DNA from: Octopus sinensis
Taxonomy: Eukaryota
Reading direction: 5' to 3'
DNA length: 64,000 nucleotides
NCBI RefSeq assembly: GCF_006345805.1
Contig: NC_043009.1
Span: 42,594,001 to 42,658,000, forward strand
Shown: positions 26,265 through 39,232 of the stretch, in pieces
How the letters are laid out: each line of letters starts with the position of its first letter
Numbering within the stretch: the stretch's first letter is position 1
The notes under the pieces: model-generated
What the model was told of the DNA's origin: nothing
Database searches by the model: none
What the model saw: the letters and a program-made list of their open reading frames with translations, nothing else
Position numbers and translations under genes: made by a program

Positions 26265-27445
26265 CCTTTCTACTATAGGCACAAGGCCTGAAATTTGTGG
26301 GAAACGCAAAGTCGATCACATCGACCCAAGTGTTTCACTGCTATTAAATTTATCGACCCCGAAATGACGAATGGGAAAGTCGACCTCGACAGAATTTGAA
26401 CTCACAGCGTAAAGACGGGCGAAATACCTATTTCTTTACTACCCACAAGGGGCTAAACACAGAGAGAACAAACAAGGATAGACAAACGGATTAAGTCGAT
26501 TATATTGACCCCAGTGCGTAAATGGTACTTATTTAATCGACCCCGAAAGGATGAAAGGCAAAGTCGGCCTCGGCAGAATTTGAACTCAGAACGTAACGGC
26601 AGACGAAATACCGCTAAGCATTTCGTGCTAACGTTTCTGCCAGCTCGCCGCCTTGAATGACAATAATAATAATCCTTTCAACTATAGGCACAAGGCCTGA
26701 AATTTGGGGGAGGGGTACTTATTTTATCCTTTTTTTTTTCTCTACTCTAGGCTCAAGGCCCGAAATTTTGGGTGAGGGATCCAGTCGATTAGATCAACCC
26801 CAGTACGCAATTAGTACTTAATTTATCGAGCCCGAAAGGATGAAAGGCAAAGTCGGCCTCGGCGGAATTTGAACTCAGAACGTAGACGGACGAAATGTCG
26901 CTAAGCATTTCGCCCGACGTGATAACGATTCTGCCAGCTCGCCGCCTTAAATGATTATAATAAGAATGGTTTAAAATTTTGTAGTTTTGAAGGGAAGAGT
27001 AAATCAAAACCGTTACCTTCTTTTGACCTTGAAATGACGACCTTGATGGGAATTCAAATCAGAATGCAAATATCCGGAAAACAATGTGGTAAGGGACTGT
27101 TCCAGTTAAATAATTGCTTCTGATTTTGGCACAAGGCCAACAATATTGAGAGGAGGGAACTAGTCAATATTCTGATATTTATTGATCCTAAAAGGATTAA
27201 AAGTAAAGCTCATTTTGGCAATATTTGAACTTAGAATGTAAAGAATCTAAACTAATGTTCTTTTCTGTTCTAGGCACAAGGCCCGAAATTTTATGGGAGG
27301 GAGCCAGTCGATTAGATCGGCCCCAGTGCACAACTGGTACTTAATTTATCGACCCCGAAAGGATGAAAGGCAAAGTCGATCTCGACAAGAATCAGAACAA
27401 ATAGTGATAGGTATTTTCCCGCTGCTCTAACGATTCCGCTGGCTC
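25673..27445 (-). repeat. Cluster of at least seven co-oriented SINE family B copies, several separated by (TAA)n
   Basis: Recurrent aggcacaaggcc tail, cgaccccgaaaggatgaaaggcaaagtcg body and ctgccagctcgccgcctt head. Confidence 0.85.
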
Positions 27446-27562
27446 TCTAGTAAGTCCTATGGCTTACTGAGGCTGCCTCTTCCTCAGGTTCCCTCAACAT
27501 TTAGAGATTGACGCTTCTTTGTGCAGCTGTCCATCCTCCTCCATATATATAATATATATATT

Positions 27563-27610
<48 letters not shown>

Positions 27611-27950
27611 ACAGACTTCTTTCAGTTTCCGTCAACCAAATCCACTCATAAACCTTTGGTTGGCTCGAGACTATGATAGAAGACACTTGCTCATGGTGCC
27701 ATACAATGGGACTGAACCCAGAACCATGTGGTTGGAAAGCAAACTTCTTACCATACAGTTACCTTTGCACCTATTTCAATATTTTATGAACCCCAAAAGG
27801 ATGAAATGCAAAGTAAAAAATGGAAGACTATAGACTAAGAATATGAAGGGGCAAAACAAATATTACAAAGAATTTGTCCATTTGTCCAGAGAACTAACGA
27901 TTCTGCCAGATTAGGCTGCTACTTTTCAGAAAATTAATAATGAAAAAATA

Positions 27951-28889
27951 CGGTAATACCTCACTTTACGAGTATCCGCTTACAAGACCCCAGTTTTACG
28001 AGTTTTATTTTTCACGCACAAGATTCAAATTTTAAATGAAGAGCAAAAGTTACTACTACCATAACGAATGCTTCTAGGTGTTACCGAGAAATTTATAGAG
28101 TGCAAAAAGCTTCTTCTAAGCAAACAACTCTAAACTAGGTTTTCAAAAAGAAATCTACGAATCCGTCTACGAGTGCTTGTGAAACGGCGATTGCGTCTAC
28201 AAGTGATGGTTTGCATGAGTCTAGTGCAAATGAAAGTGATTCAGAAAACGAATATGGTTATAACATTTTTTTTTATTATAGATGACCTTGACATTCTTTT
28301 TACTCTTTTACTTGTTACAATTATTTGACTGTGGTCATGCTGGAGCACCGCCTTTAGTCGAGTAAATCGACCCCAGGACTTATTCTTTGTAAGCCTAGTA
28401 CTTATTCTATCGTTCTGTTTTGCCGAGCCGCTAAGTTACAGGGACGTAAACACATCAGCATTGGTTGTCAAGCGATGTTGGGGGGGGGGGGACAAACACA
28501 TACACAACACATACGACGGGCTTCTTTCAGTTTCCGTCTACCAAATCCACTCACAAGGCTTTGGTCGGCCCGAGGCTATAGTAGAAGACACTTGCCCAAG
28601 GTGCCATGCAGTGGGACTGAACCCGGAACCATGTGGCTGGTAAGCAAGCTACTTACCACACAGCCACTCCTACGCCTTTTTATTTTACAAAAATATTGTT
28701 TATATTCTACTGTTGCTTTATTGCCATTTATTTACAGGTGTTATAAATTTGTAAAGGTAAAATATTTTTCTGGGAACGAATTACGATTTATAACATTGCT
28801 ACTATAGGAAATTATTGCTCTGCTTTATGAGTTTTCGTTTTACAAGCAGTCTCCAGGAACAAATTATCTTGTATATCAAAGCATTACTG
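27951..28889. mobile_element. Probable pogo/Tigger-type MITE interrupted by a family A SINE (28293-28676, minus)
   Basis: ta|cggtaata...cattactg|ta termini with subterminal ttacgag/ttacaag repeats. Confidence 0.5.
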
Positions 28890-29261
28890 TAATTATTTTA
28901 TCAAAACCAGCCAAATTGTTGATCGTTTCCAAAAATTAATCAAAACACCTAACCATTATTCTGGAATTCAGTGACTAAAGGTTTTAATTCTAGTAGCAAA
29001 CCCAAAACTGACATATTTTCATCCAACTGTCTGCTAGTAGTTTAATGAGATTACCATTATGACTTTCAGAAGAATTAAATAAAGGAATAACTATATTAGT
29101 ATATAAATGAAAAATGCAATAATAATATGAATTATTGCTTTCAGAAAATTTGAAAATCATTTTCTTTTTCAAATTTAATAAAACAAATTATTTTGGCATT
29201 TTGTCAACACAGATATATTTCTGTGATGAAATTTTTGTTATATTTGTAAAAAAGAAAAGAA

Positions 29262-29361
29262 NNNNNNNNNNNNNNNNNNNNNNNNNNNNNNNNNNNNNNN
29301 NNNNNNNNNNNNNNNNNNNNNNNNNNNNNNNNNNNNNNNNNNNNNNNNNNNNNNNNNNNNN
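29262..29361. other. Assembly gap (100 N)
   Basis: Run of exactly 100 N, typical of a fixed-size scaffolding spacer. Confidence 0.99.
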
Positions 29362-29779
29362 ATACATACATGCATATATGTGTGTATGCATGTCTATGTA
29401 TGTGTATATATATATATATTTGTATATCTATATCTATTTATATCTAAATATAAAATATATATATATACACATATACTTATTTATATATATATAAGCATAT
29501 ATATAAATACATATATATACACACATACTTATATATATTTATAAGCATATATATAAATACATATATATACACACATTCCTATATATATATATATATATAC
29601 ATACTTATACATATTTGCATATATATGTGTGTGTGTGTGTGTGCAGATATATGTGCTGGTATGTGAGTTCATGTATGCAAATTCATCTAGATAGATATGT
29701 ATAATACTTTGTGCATTGAGAAGTATTGTGTATTGTATTTTATAATAAACATTTCTAATTATCTATATACATACATACA

Positions 29780-29815
<36 letters not shown>

Positions 29816-30109
29816 TGTATATACAAACACACACGTATATATATACATGTACATATGATTATGTGCATGTATGTTTGTCTGTATGTATATTACATGCTTA
29901 TAAGTGCCAAATTGTTTGTGCATAGATTTGTATGTTAATATATTGTTGCTTCTAGTGCTTATACCTACATCCATCCATCCATACATACACACAGATACAC
30001 ATATGCATAATATATATATATATATATACACTTATATAATAGAGAGAGGGCGAGACAGAGAGAATGTGATGGATGCATGAATGAAATAAATCTAATTATG
30101 TATTTCACA

Positions 30110-30158
<49 letters not shown>

Positions 30159-31109
30159 TATGTATATATACATATGTTCCTCTAACTACATAGAGGTATG
30201 GTTTTTGAATAATCACGTATGTAATGTTGCCAATAATTTTCCCCTCTCATGCTGATGTAAAAATTAACATACTTTCATTTAAATACACATACATATATAC
30301 CTCTTTTATATATACACATGCTTATATTTATTTTTATATGCACATGTACATATACATAAGTATGTGTATGTGTGCACGCATATGTGTGTGTGTGCATATG
30401 TATATATATATATATATATATATGTATATTTGCATGCATATGTATGTATATATGTATGTATATTTGCATGCATATGTATGTATATAATAAACTGACTGAA
30501 AAGGATACAAAAGCTCTTTGTTATTCTTTAAACTGTGACCGAAAACAAAAATATATAAATCAACAAGAACATTAACAACAGCAACAGCATATTTCAACAC
30601 CCACAAGCCAAACAATATTATCTTCTTCTTCACCATCGCCATCACAGAATGAGAGTAAAATCAACACCAACAACAGCAACAAAAAAAAAAATAGGCAAAA
30701 TAACAGCGTTTCTACTGGCAAGGGTGTAATACCATGTTATTTTTTTTTTTTGCTTTGTTTTTCTTTTGCCATTCTATTTCTCTCTTTTTTTTTTTATTCT
30801 TGCATTTTTACCATTCTTTTCTTCTTGTTCCTGTTTGTATATTTGTTACCTACTGATTTCCTCCTGGTATGTATTTTAAAAACCAAAATTTGTAGTTAGA
30901 GAGAAAATTATCATATACATATATATATATATAAATATATATATTATATATTATATATATATATATATTATATACTAACATTTAAATATATATATATATA
31001 ACTTACATATATATATATATTATATATATATATATATATATCTATTATATATATATATTATATATATATTATATATATATACTACATACCTTACATATAT
31101 ATATTATAT

Positions 31110-31141
<32 letters not shown>

Positions 31142-31702
31142 AATGTATCTATGTATAAGTTTATAAGCACATTTTGTTTTTCATGGAACAAAGCAAGAAA
31201 TTGCTCTAGTTGAAGTGTAAGGACCAGTTGTAGAAGGGGAAAAGAAAAAAATCAAAAAACTACAGTAAAAAAGAAGAAACAAAATTGAATTGTGTCATGG
31301 CTGAAAACTAAGGGATAAGAGGTGGTACGGGGGTGGTGAATGAGGAAAGGAGACGTGGAGAAATATACTAAAATATGAAAATTGAAGTGAAAACAAGAAT
31401 ACATAGCGGTGTGAGGAAATGGTGGGGAACATTAAATATAATATATGAAAAAGAATTGAATGTAATTCTGAGAGAATGGCTGAGGAAACAAAACAGAAAT
31501 AAAAAAAGAGTAAAGTGAGAAAGAATGAAAATGAAATACATAAAACTGCTAGCATATTGTAAATTAAAACAGAGTTATGAAATTGTATTTATGTGTTAGA
31601 TTGTTCAATATATCAATATACATACATATATACACATGTATGTGCGTATATTTTTATATAGAAAGACATGTGAGTATATTATTATATAGAAAGACATTTA
31701 TG

Positions 31703-31740
<38 letters not shown>

Positions 31741-32188
31741 TGTGTGTGCACGTGTGTGTAGTGTAGTGTAGCAGGTCTGTGTAGAGTGGTAGCTCACAGC
31801 ACAGTGACTCCTGGCTACCTACACTCTAACACATGAATTTTGAAAAACTTCCAAGTGCAGTGGTACCAGAACTCCAGGTACCTTACAGGTAAAACCAGTG
31901 TGTAAGTATTTGAAAAATAATGTATAAGATACATAAGAAGGCAAACAATGAATTTATCACAAATATAGTACTCGTCCCAATCGCTTCTGTACCACTTTGT
32001 TTCTAACCCCACTGCATGTAAATAATTCTGCGTGAACTCAACAACACATATTGCATAACTTTTCACATGGAATCATTCCTATGCAATGCAGTAAGAAACA
32101 GATTGGTAGTGAATCAGTTGAAACAAATATTAAAGTAGCACTAGTTTCATTCTTCATTACCTTACTAATATATATAGATATATATATA

Positions 32189-32363
32189 GTCGCAGGAGTG
32201 GCTGTGTGGTAAGTAGCTTGCTTACGAACCACATGGTTCCAGGTTCAGTCCCATTGCATGGTACCTTGGGCAAGTGTCTTTTACTATAGCCTTGAGCCAA
32301 CCAAAACCTTGTGAGTGGATTTGGTAGACAGAAACTGAAAGAAGCCTGTCACATATATGTATG

Positions 32364-32395
<32 letters not shown>

Positions 32396-32612
32396 CATGT
32401 GAGTGTGTGTGTGTGTCTGTGTGTATGTGTGTATGTGTTTCTTTGACCCTCCAACATCGCTGGTGTGTTTATGTCACCGTAACTTAGTTGTTCACCAAAT
32501 GAAACTGATAGAAGAATAAGTCCTGGGGTCGATTTGCTCAACTAAAGGCAGTGCTTCAGCATGGCCACAGTCAAATGACTGAAACAAGGGAAAGAGTAAA
32601 AGAGTAAAGAGT
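32189..32612 (+). mobile_element. SINE family A
   Basis: Full-length match to 18208-18613. Confidence 0.85.
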
Positions 32613-32613
32613 A

Positions 32614-33890
32614 TTGGGTCATCCCATAAATAATGCAGTCTTTTTATGCTATTTTTATTTTTCAAAATTAAGATCGACAAAGTTCTTTTTTAATCTAAAA
32701 TGTACTCTCCTTCATTTTCTACAATGTTCTTCCATCTCATCTTGTAGACTTGCAAGGCCCCTCTTCCAAAATTCACTTGTCCGTGACAAAAAATACTACT
32801 CCAGCACTGTCCTGCCCTCATCTACAGAATTCATATATTTTCTTTCAAAATGATTTGAAGACTGCAAAATAAATGATTAAGCAATGGGGCGAATATGATG
32901 GGTGGGGTATTGTTTCTCATTCAAACTGGTCCAGTCTTTGGAATGTCATTCTTAGTGTATGTCGCTGAGCATTATTCTGATGGAAGAACACTTTTTGTCT
33001 TGAAACCAAAGATGGTCATTTTACTTCTAGCGCTGACTTAAGCTGCTCAAGCTGCTTGTAGTAGATCTCCTTTGTTATCATTTGGTTTGGGTTTAAAAGT
33101 TCAAAGTGGAGTAAACCTTTCATATTCAACCAAACAAATAACAATACCTTACGTGGGTTAAGACCTTTTATAGCTTGGGGTGATGGTGTTTCTTATTTCC
33201 CTAGCCACTGTTTTCAACACTTGACATTTTTATACAAAACCCATTTCTCATCACCAGTCTCTATTAGGTCCAAAAAAGGTTAATCCATGAGACATGACAG
33301 TAAAGAAGAGCACTCATTCTCTCTCTGCACACGATTAGACTTGGAAAGTTAGTGAGGAACTCATTCATCCAATTTGCTGACTTTTCCAATGACACACAGA
33401 TGTCAATGAATGGTTGAATGAAAAAATCCAAGCTTCTCTGCTCGTCCTCAACAGTTACAATGAAATTTTGTTCAACCAGGGTTTGCAGGATGTCCTTGTT
33501 GAGCTCTACAGATCTTGCAGGATGAGGCTCATCTTCTAGGCTGTAGTTTATTGTTTGGAATTTCTGGAACCACCATTGACGCTGACTTATGCTTATTGTC
33601 TGATCCCCATGTACTGCATAAATATTCCTCACACTTTCCATTGCGTTGTCGCCTTTATTTAACTCATAATGCAAAATATGCCAAATATGCTCCTTTGTCA
33701 CTTCCATTATAGCTTTGAGAAAATAACTGTTAAAATCGAACTGCACTCTTCAAAGCTGGCAGTAAGAATAAGGACAAGATAAAATTACTACCTCCTTTTA
33801 AAGAAAGTTGATGCAGGTAGTTTATCCTGTCCCCCTCTGACTTTTAGTGCATGCAATTGAAAAAAATTGCATTAATTATGAGAGACACAA
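32614..33890 (-). mobile_element. Full-length degenerate mariner (~1.28 kb), transposase pseudogene
   Basis: Degenerate TIRs ttgggtcatcccataaataatgc / gcattaattatgagagacacaa with TA flanks; N-terminal MEVTKEHIWHILHYELNKG...WFQKF...LEDEPHPARS HTH and downstream TGDEKW codons. Confidence 0.9.
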
Positions 33891-33928
33891 TATATAATAT
33901 ATATACACACACACATATATATACATAC

Positions 33929-33971
<43 letters not shown>

Positions 33972-33972
<1 letters not shown>

Positions 33973-34480
33973 ATAAATATTAGGGAATAAATCCAAATTT
34001 ACAGGGAAAAAATCAGATTTAGGATTAAATCCAATTTTATAGTAAAATATTATATAATATTAATTCGAGACAAAACCACTATTTTGCAAAACAAACAAGG
34101 AAAGACTTAATCAATACATAAAAATTTTAATATAAAGTAAATAAACCGCCACTACAATTGTTTCATGTCTTCAAATGACATTCGTCAGGTGGATTTCCGA
34201 TCTAAAATATCAATATTTTAAAATATAAGTTTAAAATAATAAAATTATCAATGAAAAAATATAAATATATATAATCTATATATAATCTATATATAATCTA
34301 TATATAATCTATATATAATCAATATATAATCTAAAATAAACCCTATAAACAATTGAATATAAAGAAACCTACTATAAAAGTTCTCATTGTAGTGGCGGTT
34401 TATTTACTTTATATTAAAATTTTTATGTATTGATTAAGTCTTTCCTTGTTTGTTTTGCAAAATAGTGGTTTTGTCTCGAA

Positions 34481-34487
<7 letters not shown>
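33972..34487 (-). mobile_element. Penelope-like pLTR terminus with perfect 102-bp inverted repeat
   Basis: 34057-34158 is the exact reverse complement of 34386-34487; contains a hammerhead motif; flanked by (TA)n. Confidence 0.7.
34149..34192 (-). ncRNA. Minimal type I hammerhead ribozyme
   Basis: Minus strand reads ccac-CTGACGA-atgtc-atttgaa-gacat-GAAA-caattg-TA-gtgg: stem I ccac/gtgg, stem II atgtc/gacat, palindromic stem III, GUA cleavage triplet. Confidence 0.85.
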
Positions 34488-34519
<32 letters not shown>

Positions 34520-35018
34520 ATATTAATATCAGGGAAGTTATTTCCGAGTCCACAGGGGAGAGAAGTTCAATTTAGTGGTACTAAAATTAATTATTTACTA
34601 TGTTATATAGATATATATATAGATAGGTTTAAGAGACAGAATCACCCTCAAGCAACTCAATCATCATTGAATGACATTATCCACAATAGGTACATATAGG
34701 ACTAAATATTAAAATTATCAAAATTAATACCTACAATTCTTATTCCAAATCATATACTTTACATTATATAGACTACGTAGCTCTCAATGTAGTCTATATA
34801 TACTCAAAAATAAAGTATATCTATCCCCCAATGCAGTGTTGAGCACTCATTCTTGCCATTTGATATTAGTGCATGTATATATAATATATATATATTATAT
34901 ATATATGTGTGTGTGTATGTATGTATATAGATATTGTATGTATGTATATATATATATATGTATGTATGTATATATATATATATATATATTGTATATATAT
35001 ATATAATGTATATATATA

Positions 35019-35066
<48 letters not shown>

Positions 35067-35084
35067 TAAATATATAGTATGTAT

Positions 35085-35129
<45 letters not shown>

Positions 35130-35260
35130 GCATGTGTGTGCATGTGTGTGTCTGCATGTATTGCATATGCATATATTGCACATCATCATCTTCGTTTAGC
35201 GTCCGCTTTCCATGTTAGCATGGGTTGGACATGTAAATTAACATATATATATATATATAT

Positions 35261-35303
<43 letters not shown>

Positions 35304-35516
35304 CCTGGCAGAAACGTTAGCGCGCCGGGCGAAATGCTTTCGTCTACCGCTACGTTCTGAGTTCAAATTCCGCCGAGGTCGACTTTACCTTTCATCCTTT
35401 CGGGGTCGATAAATAAAGTATCAGTTACGCACTGGGGTCGATGTAATCGACTTAATACCTGTGTCTGTCCTTGTTTGTCCCCTCTGTGTTTGGCCCCTTG
35501 TGGGTAGTAAAGAAAT
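35304..35516 (+). mobile_element. SINE family B (T2 tail) in a (TA)n tract
   Basis: Match to the 21657 array units. Confidence 0.85.
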
Positions 35517-35596
35517 ATATAATATATATATATATGTGTGTGTATTATATATATATATATATATATGTGTGTATATATATATATATATAATATATA

Positions 35597-35645
<49 letters not shown>

Positions 35646-35674
35646 ATATATATATATATATATATTATATAATA

Positions 35675-35707
<33 letters not shown>

Positions 35708-37475
35708 AACCATGCTGATTGATGATACACAGTATTCAAGAATTCCTGCCTGGCTATGCTACCATTTATTTGATTGAAATTTTGAAACCATATTGCATAT
35801 GCACAAAACAATGATTGCACAAGTATGTCCATGCACACTCCCCACTTTTCTCCATGAAGTGTACAACTGCTCCTTTTTTTTCTACTTATACTTTTCTTCT
35901 CCCCTTTCCCCCCATCCAGAAATTAAATCCCCTCCCTCAAGCTAATTCATATTGATATTCATCGTTCATTCTTTTCATTCTCACCCCCCTATACTCATAT
36001 TTACTTTTTTTTCGGCATCCGTCTGTTCTAACCAACTTTTGCCTTCCCGACACCCTCTTGCAGTCCTAATCATCATCTCCCTATTACTCATTCCTGCATC
36101 ACTCTCCTGTCTACTGTGTTATTCTGTTGCTGTACATAAGGAAATTACAACTTGTTGCTACAAATCATTTCATAAATTTGCAACAATCAGGTCTCAATTT
36201 TAATCCCAATACTTGTTAGCTTGACCAAATGACATTTTCTATAGCCTCAGGTCAAATCCTACCTTATGAAGGAAACTGGAACGATGTATGTCATATTGAA
36301 GCCTGTTTTAATAAAGTGTACATGTAATTCAAAGATACAGCCATGTCACACATGGTGTTGTGCTAGTTCTGTCAGAGAATTATGCTAAGTGTACATGCAT
36401 CTGTGGAATACTCAGCTACTTTATGCAAATTTAGCAAACAAGTAATTAAGTTGATTTAATAACTGAATTTGCATCATTTAAACACAAAAAAAAAAACATC
36501 TCTGTGTGTGTGAGTATGTGTGTGTTTTATCTTTGACTTGTTTCAGTCATTGGGCTGCAATCATATGGTTGGGAAGCAAGCTTCTTACCATACAGCTATA
36601 CCTGTGTCTATGAGGAAAACTTAGAAAGAGACACAAGGGGCAAGAGTTTTGTGTACTGCTTGATACATATGAAAAGGTCCATGCACGAAACTCTCAGTGC
36701 TGAATTAGTCTGTGACTTTCTGTGGCATATAAGCAATTCAGACGTTCCCCTGGATAGGGTTCCAATCCATCCCAAAGTTAACTCTCAGTGACTGTTGGTA
36801 TGTATTTCAGTATAGTAAGACTGGAACAGTTTGAAACAATATAACTTGTTTGAGGAAAGAATACAGCTCCCCAGTCTGCCAGTCAAGAAACTGCACACTG
36901 ACCTTACAATCACATGAAGTACACACAAACAACCAAGTCAGGTTTAACTACGTTAAATACAAAGAAATAATTAGAAATATTTATGAGGTGAGGAAGTACA
37001 GAACACATGAGAGAAAGAGATGTGAGAGAGATGTTAGAGGCAGAGAAAGAGATTCGAAATAATAAAGAGTAAAAACTATGATAAAGGAAAACCAATTATA
37101 TTGTACAGAAGGAGCAGAAGTGAGTTAAGGGCATGCTTGTAGCTTTGCAAATATTTTAGACTAAGAATTACTGAAGGCTGGGAGAAGAACTAAAGAATAT
37201 GTGTCAACAGCATTGAATGAAATGTTCATCCCAGCTGGCTCTGACTTTTTGCTGTTGCTAAATAAATATGATTTAGTTTATCTAATATTATCTTCTTGAT
37301 AATTTGGAAATGTTATCTTTGAAAGCCACAAATCCCTTCCATAGAAATATTAATCTCTCCTCATACACTTAACATTAATGAAGCCAAAATCTGGAGCTAA
37401 GAACTGGTATTATGATTCCTCTCTATGTTTGTGCTGCTGTTTATCATATGCAAATAAATATACTTAAAACCCTAC

Positions 37476-37533
<58 letters not shown>

Positions 37534-37728
37534 TCCCCCACTTCTTTCTCTATTTCTCCCTTTTTCTCTTTCTTGCTCACAAATGCAAACATGCGCATGT
37601 ATCTTGTGTATGCATGTGTGTGCATGTGTTTATGTATAGATACATACATTTATATATATGCACACACACGCAGACATATATATATGTCTGTGTATATGTG
37701 TCTTTATGTGAGTGTGTGTGTATATATA

Positions 37729-38016
37729 TTAGCATGGAAAACGGACGTTAAATGATGATGATGATAATGATATATATATATGTCTGTCTATATATATATA
37801 TAAAATATGAGTGTGGATGCAAGTGTGTATTTATGTATTAGTGTGTGTGTGTATGTATGTGTATATATATATATATACACATACATACACACACACACAC
37901 ACACTAATACATAAATACACACTTGCATCCACACTCATATTTTATATATATATATAGACAGACATATATATATATCATTATCATCATCATCATTTAACGT
38001 CCGTTTTCCATGCTAA
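37729..38016. repeat. ~288-bp fold-back palindrome centred on (TA)n
   Basis: Arms are reverse complements apart from (GT)n length; the outer ends are an RTE-type tail tagcatggaaaacggacgttaaatgatgat. Confidence 0.9.
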
Positions 38017-38340
38017 GGGAGGGAGAAATGGGAGAGACAGACAGACAGGCTGACAGACAGAAGTGAATCAACTTCATTGAACCGCTATACTAAACATTAA
38101 GTACTTCACTTTGTCTAGTGTCATTGATCCTCGTTTCACAACTTCTCCCTCCTTAGACAAATATATTTCTTCCTATATTTATATTATATCCGATTTTGTG
38201 AACAATAACAACAATGATATTGCTGTCGGGGTTTCCATGGCCCAATCTGAGCTTCATAGCACTCTGAGATTAACAATGATGTATGTGTGTATCATTCAGA
38301 TAGAAGTGATATTACAGAATAATTTTTTTATCTTAGCTTC

Positions 38341-38678
38341 ACATCATAAGCGGAAAGTGCAACCTCTCGAAAGAGCTGCTCTTCACTCCTGCTCCAGAGC
38401 GTCGGCTGTGGGGGTCACTCTGAAAAGCTCTATCTGCGACGATTTCATCCCAATCGAAGGAGAGGGGCTTTCTCCGTCCGGGTTGCGGATCCGTGGAATA
38501 AGCTGCCGGAGGAGATAGTGAAGATGCCGACGACCGCTCGGTTCAAAGTCTCTCTTGACCAGAAATAGCCTGAACTCTTTGCATGAACACCCTCCCTGTA
38601 CATAACTCCATGTCCCCCTACATGGCCTTGCTTTTTGGTTTTTGAGCCAAAAAATTAACTTAACTCAACTTAACTTAA
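38341..38678 (+). mobile_element. CR1-clade LINE 3' end
   Basis: GHSEKLYLRRF...RRGAFSVRVADPWNKLPEEIV...FKVSLD (CR1 C-terminus), then a (ttaac)n tail. Confidence 0.85.
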
Positions 38679-38796
38679 GAACACTGATTACAGATAATTC
38701 AAAGTCACAGCCTGATCATACATTTATATGCAAATTCAATATGTAGGTAATTAAGTTGATCAGTCAGCTTAATCTTCATCATCAAAATCAACAGAG

Positions 38797-38899
38797 GACC
38801 ATGTTGTCAGAATGAGTGATGAAAGAATACCCAAAGTCCTCATGTACAGCCAGCTTGAGAGTGGGCATAGGAATGCTGATCGGCCATGGTTCAGATATA
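38797..38899 (+). pseudogene. RTE LINE fragment
   Basis: HVVRMSDERIPKVLMYSQLESGHRNADRPWFRY. Confidence 0.7.
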
Positions 38900-38921
38900 T
38901 GACGGGCTTCTTTCCGTTTCT

Positions 38922-39153
38922 TATTTCTTTATTGCCCACAAGGGGCTAAACACAGAAGGGACAAACAAAGACAGATAAAGGGATTAAGTCGATTACATCG
39001 ACCCCAGTGTGTAACTGGTACTTAATTTATCGATCCCGAAAGGATGAAAGGCAAAGTCGACCTTGGCGGAATTTGAACTCAGAACACAGCAGTGGACGAA
39101 ATACCACAAAGCATTTTGCCTGGTGTGCTAACGTTTCTGCCAGCTCATCACCT
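38922..39153 (-). mobile_element. SINE family B (T2) nested in a family A remnant
   Basis: Family A pieces gacgggcttctttc (38901) and cttaccacacagccac (39171) flank it. Confidence 0.8.
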
Positions 39154-39232
39154 TCTTACCACATATTCATCTTACCACACAGCCACCCCCATATAAAATG
39201 CATATGTTACATCTATATCTATTAATCAAGAA

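Noticed and set aside
36640-36700. Hairpin with gaaactctc resembling a hammerhead
   Set aside because: The CUGANGA box is absent (tatgaaaa).
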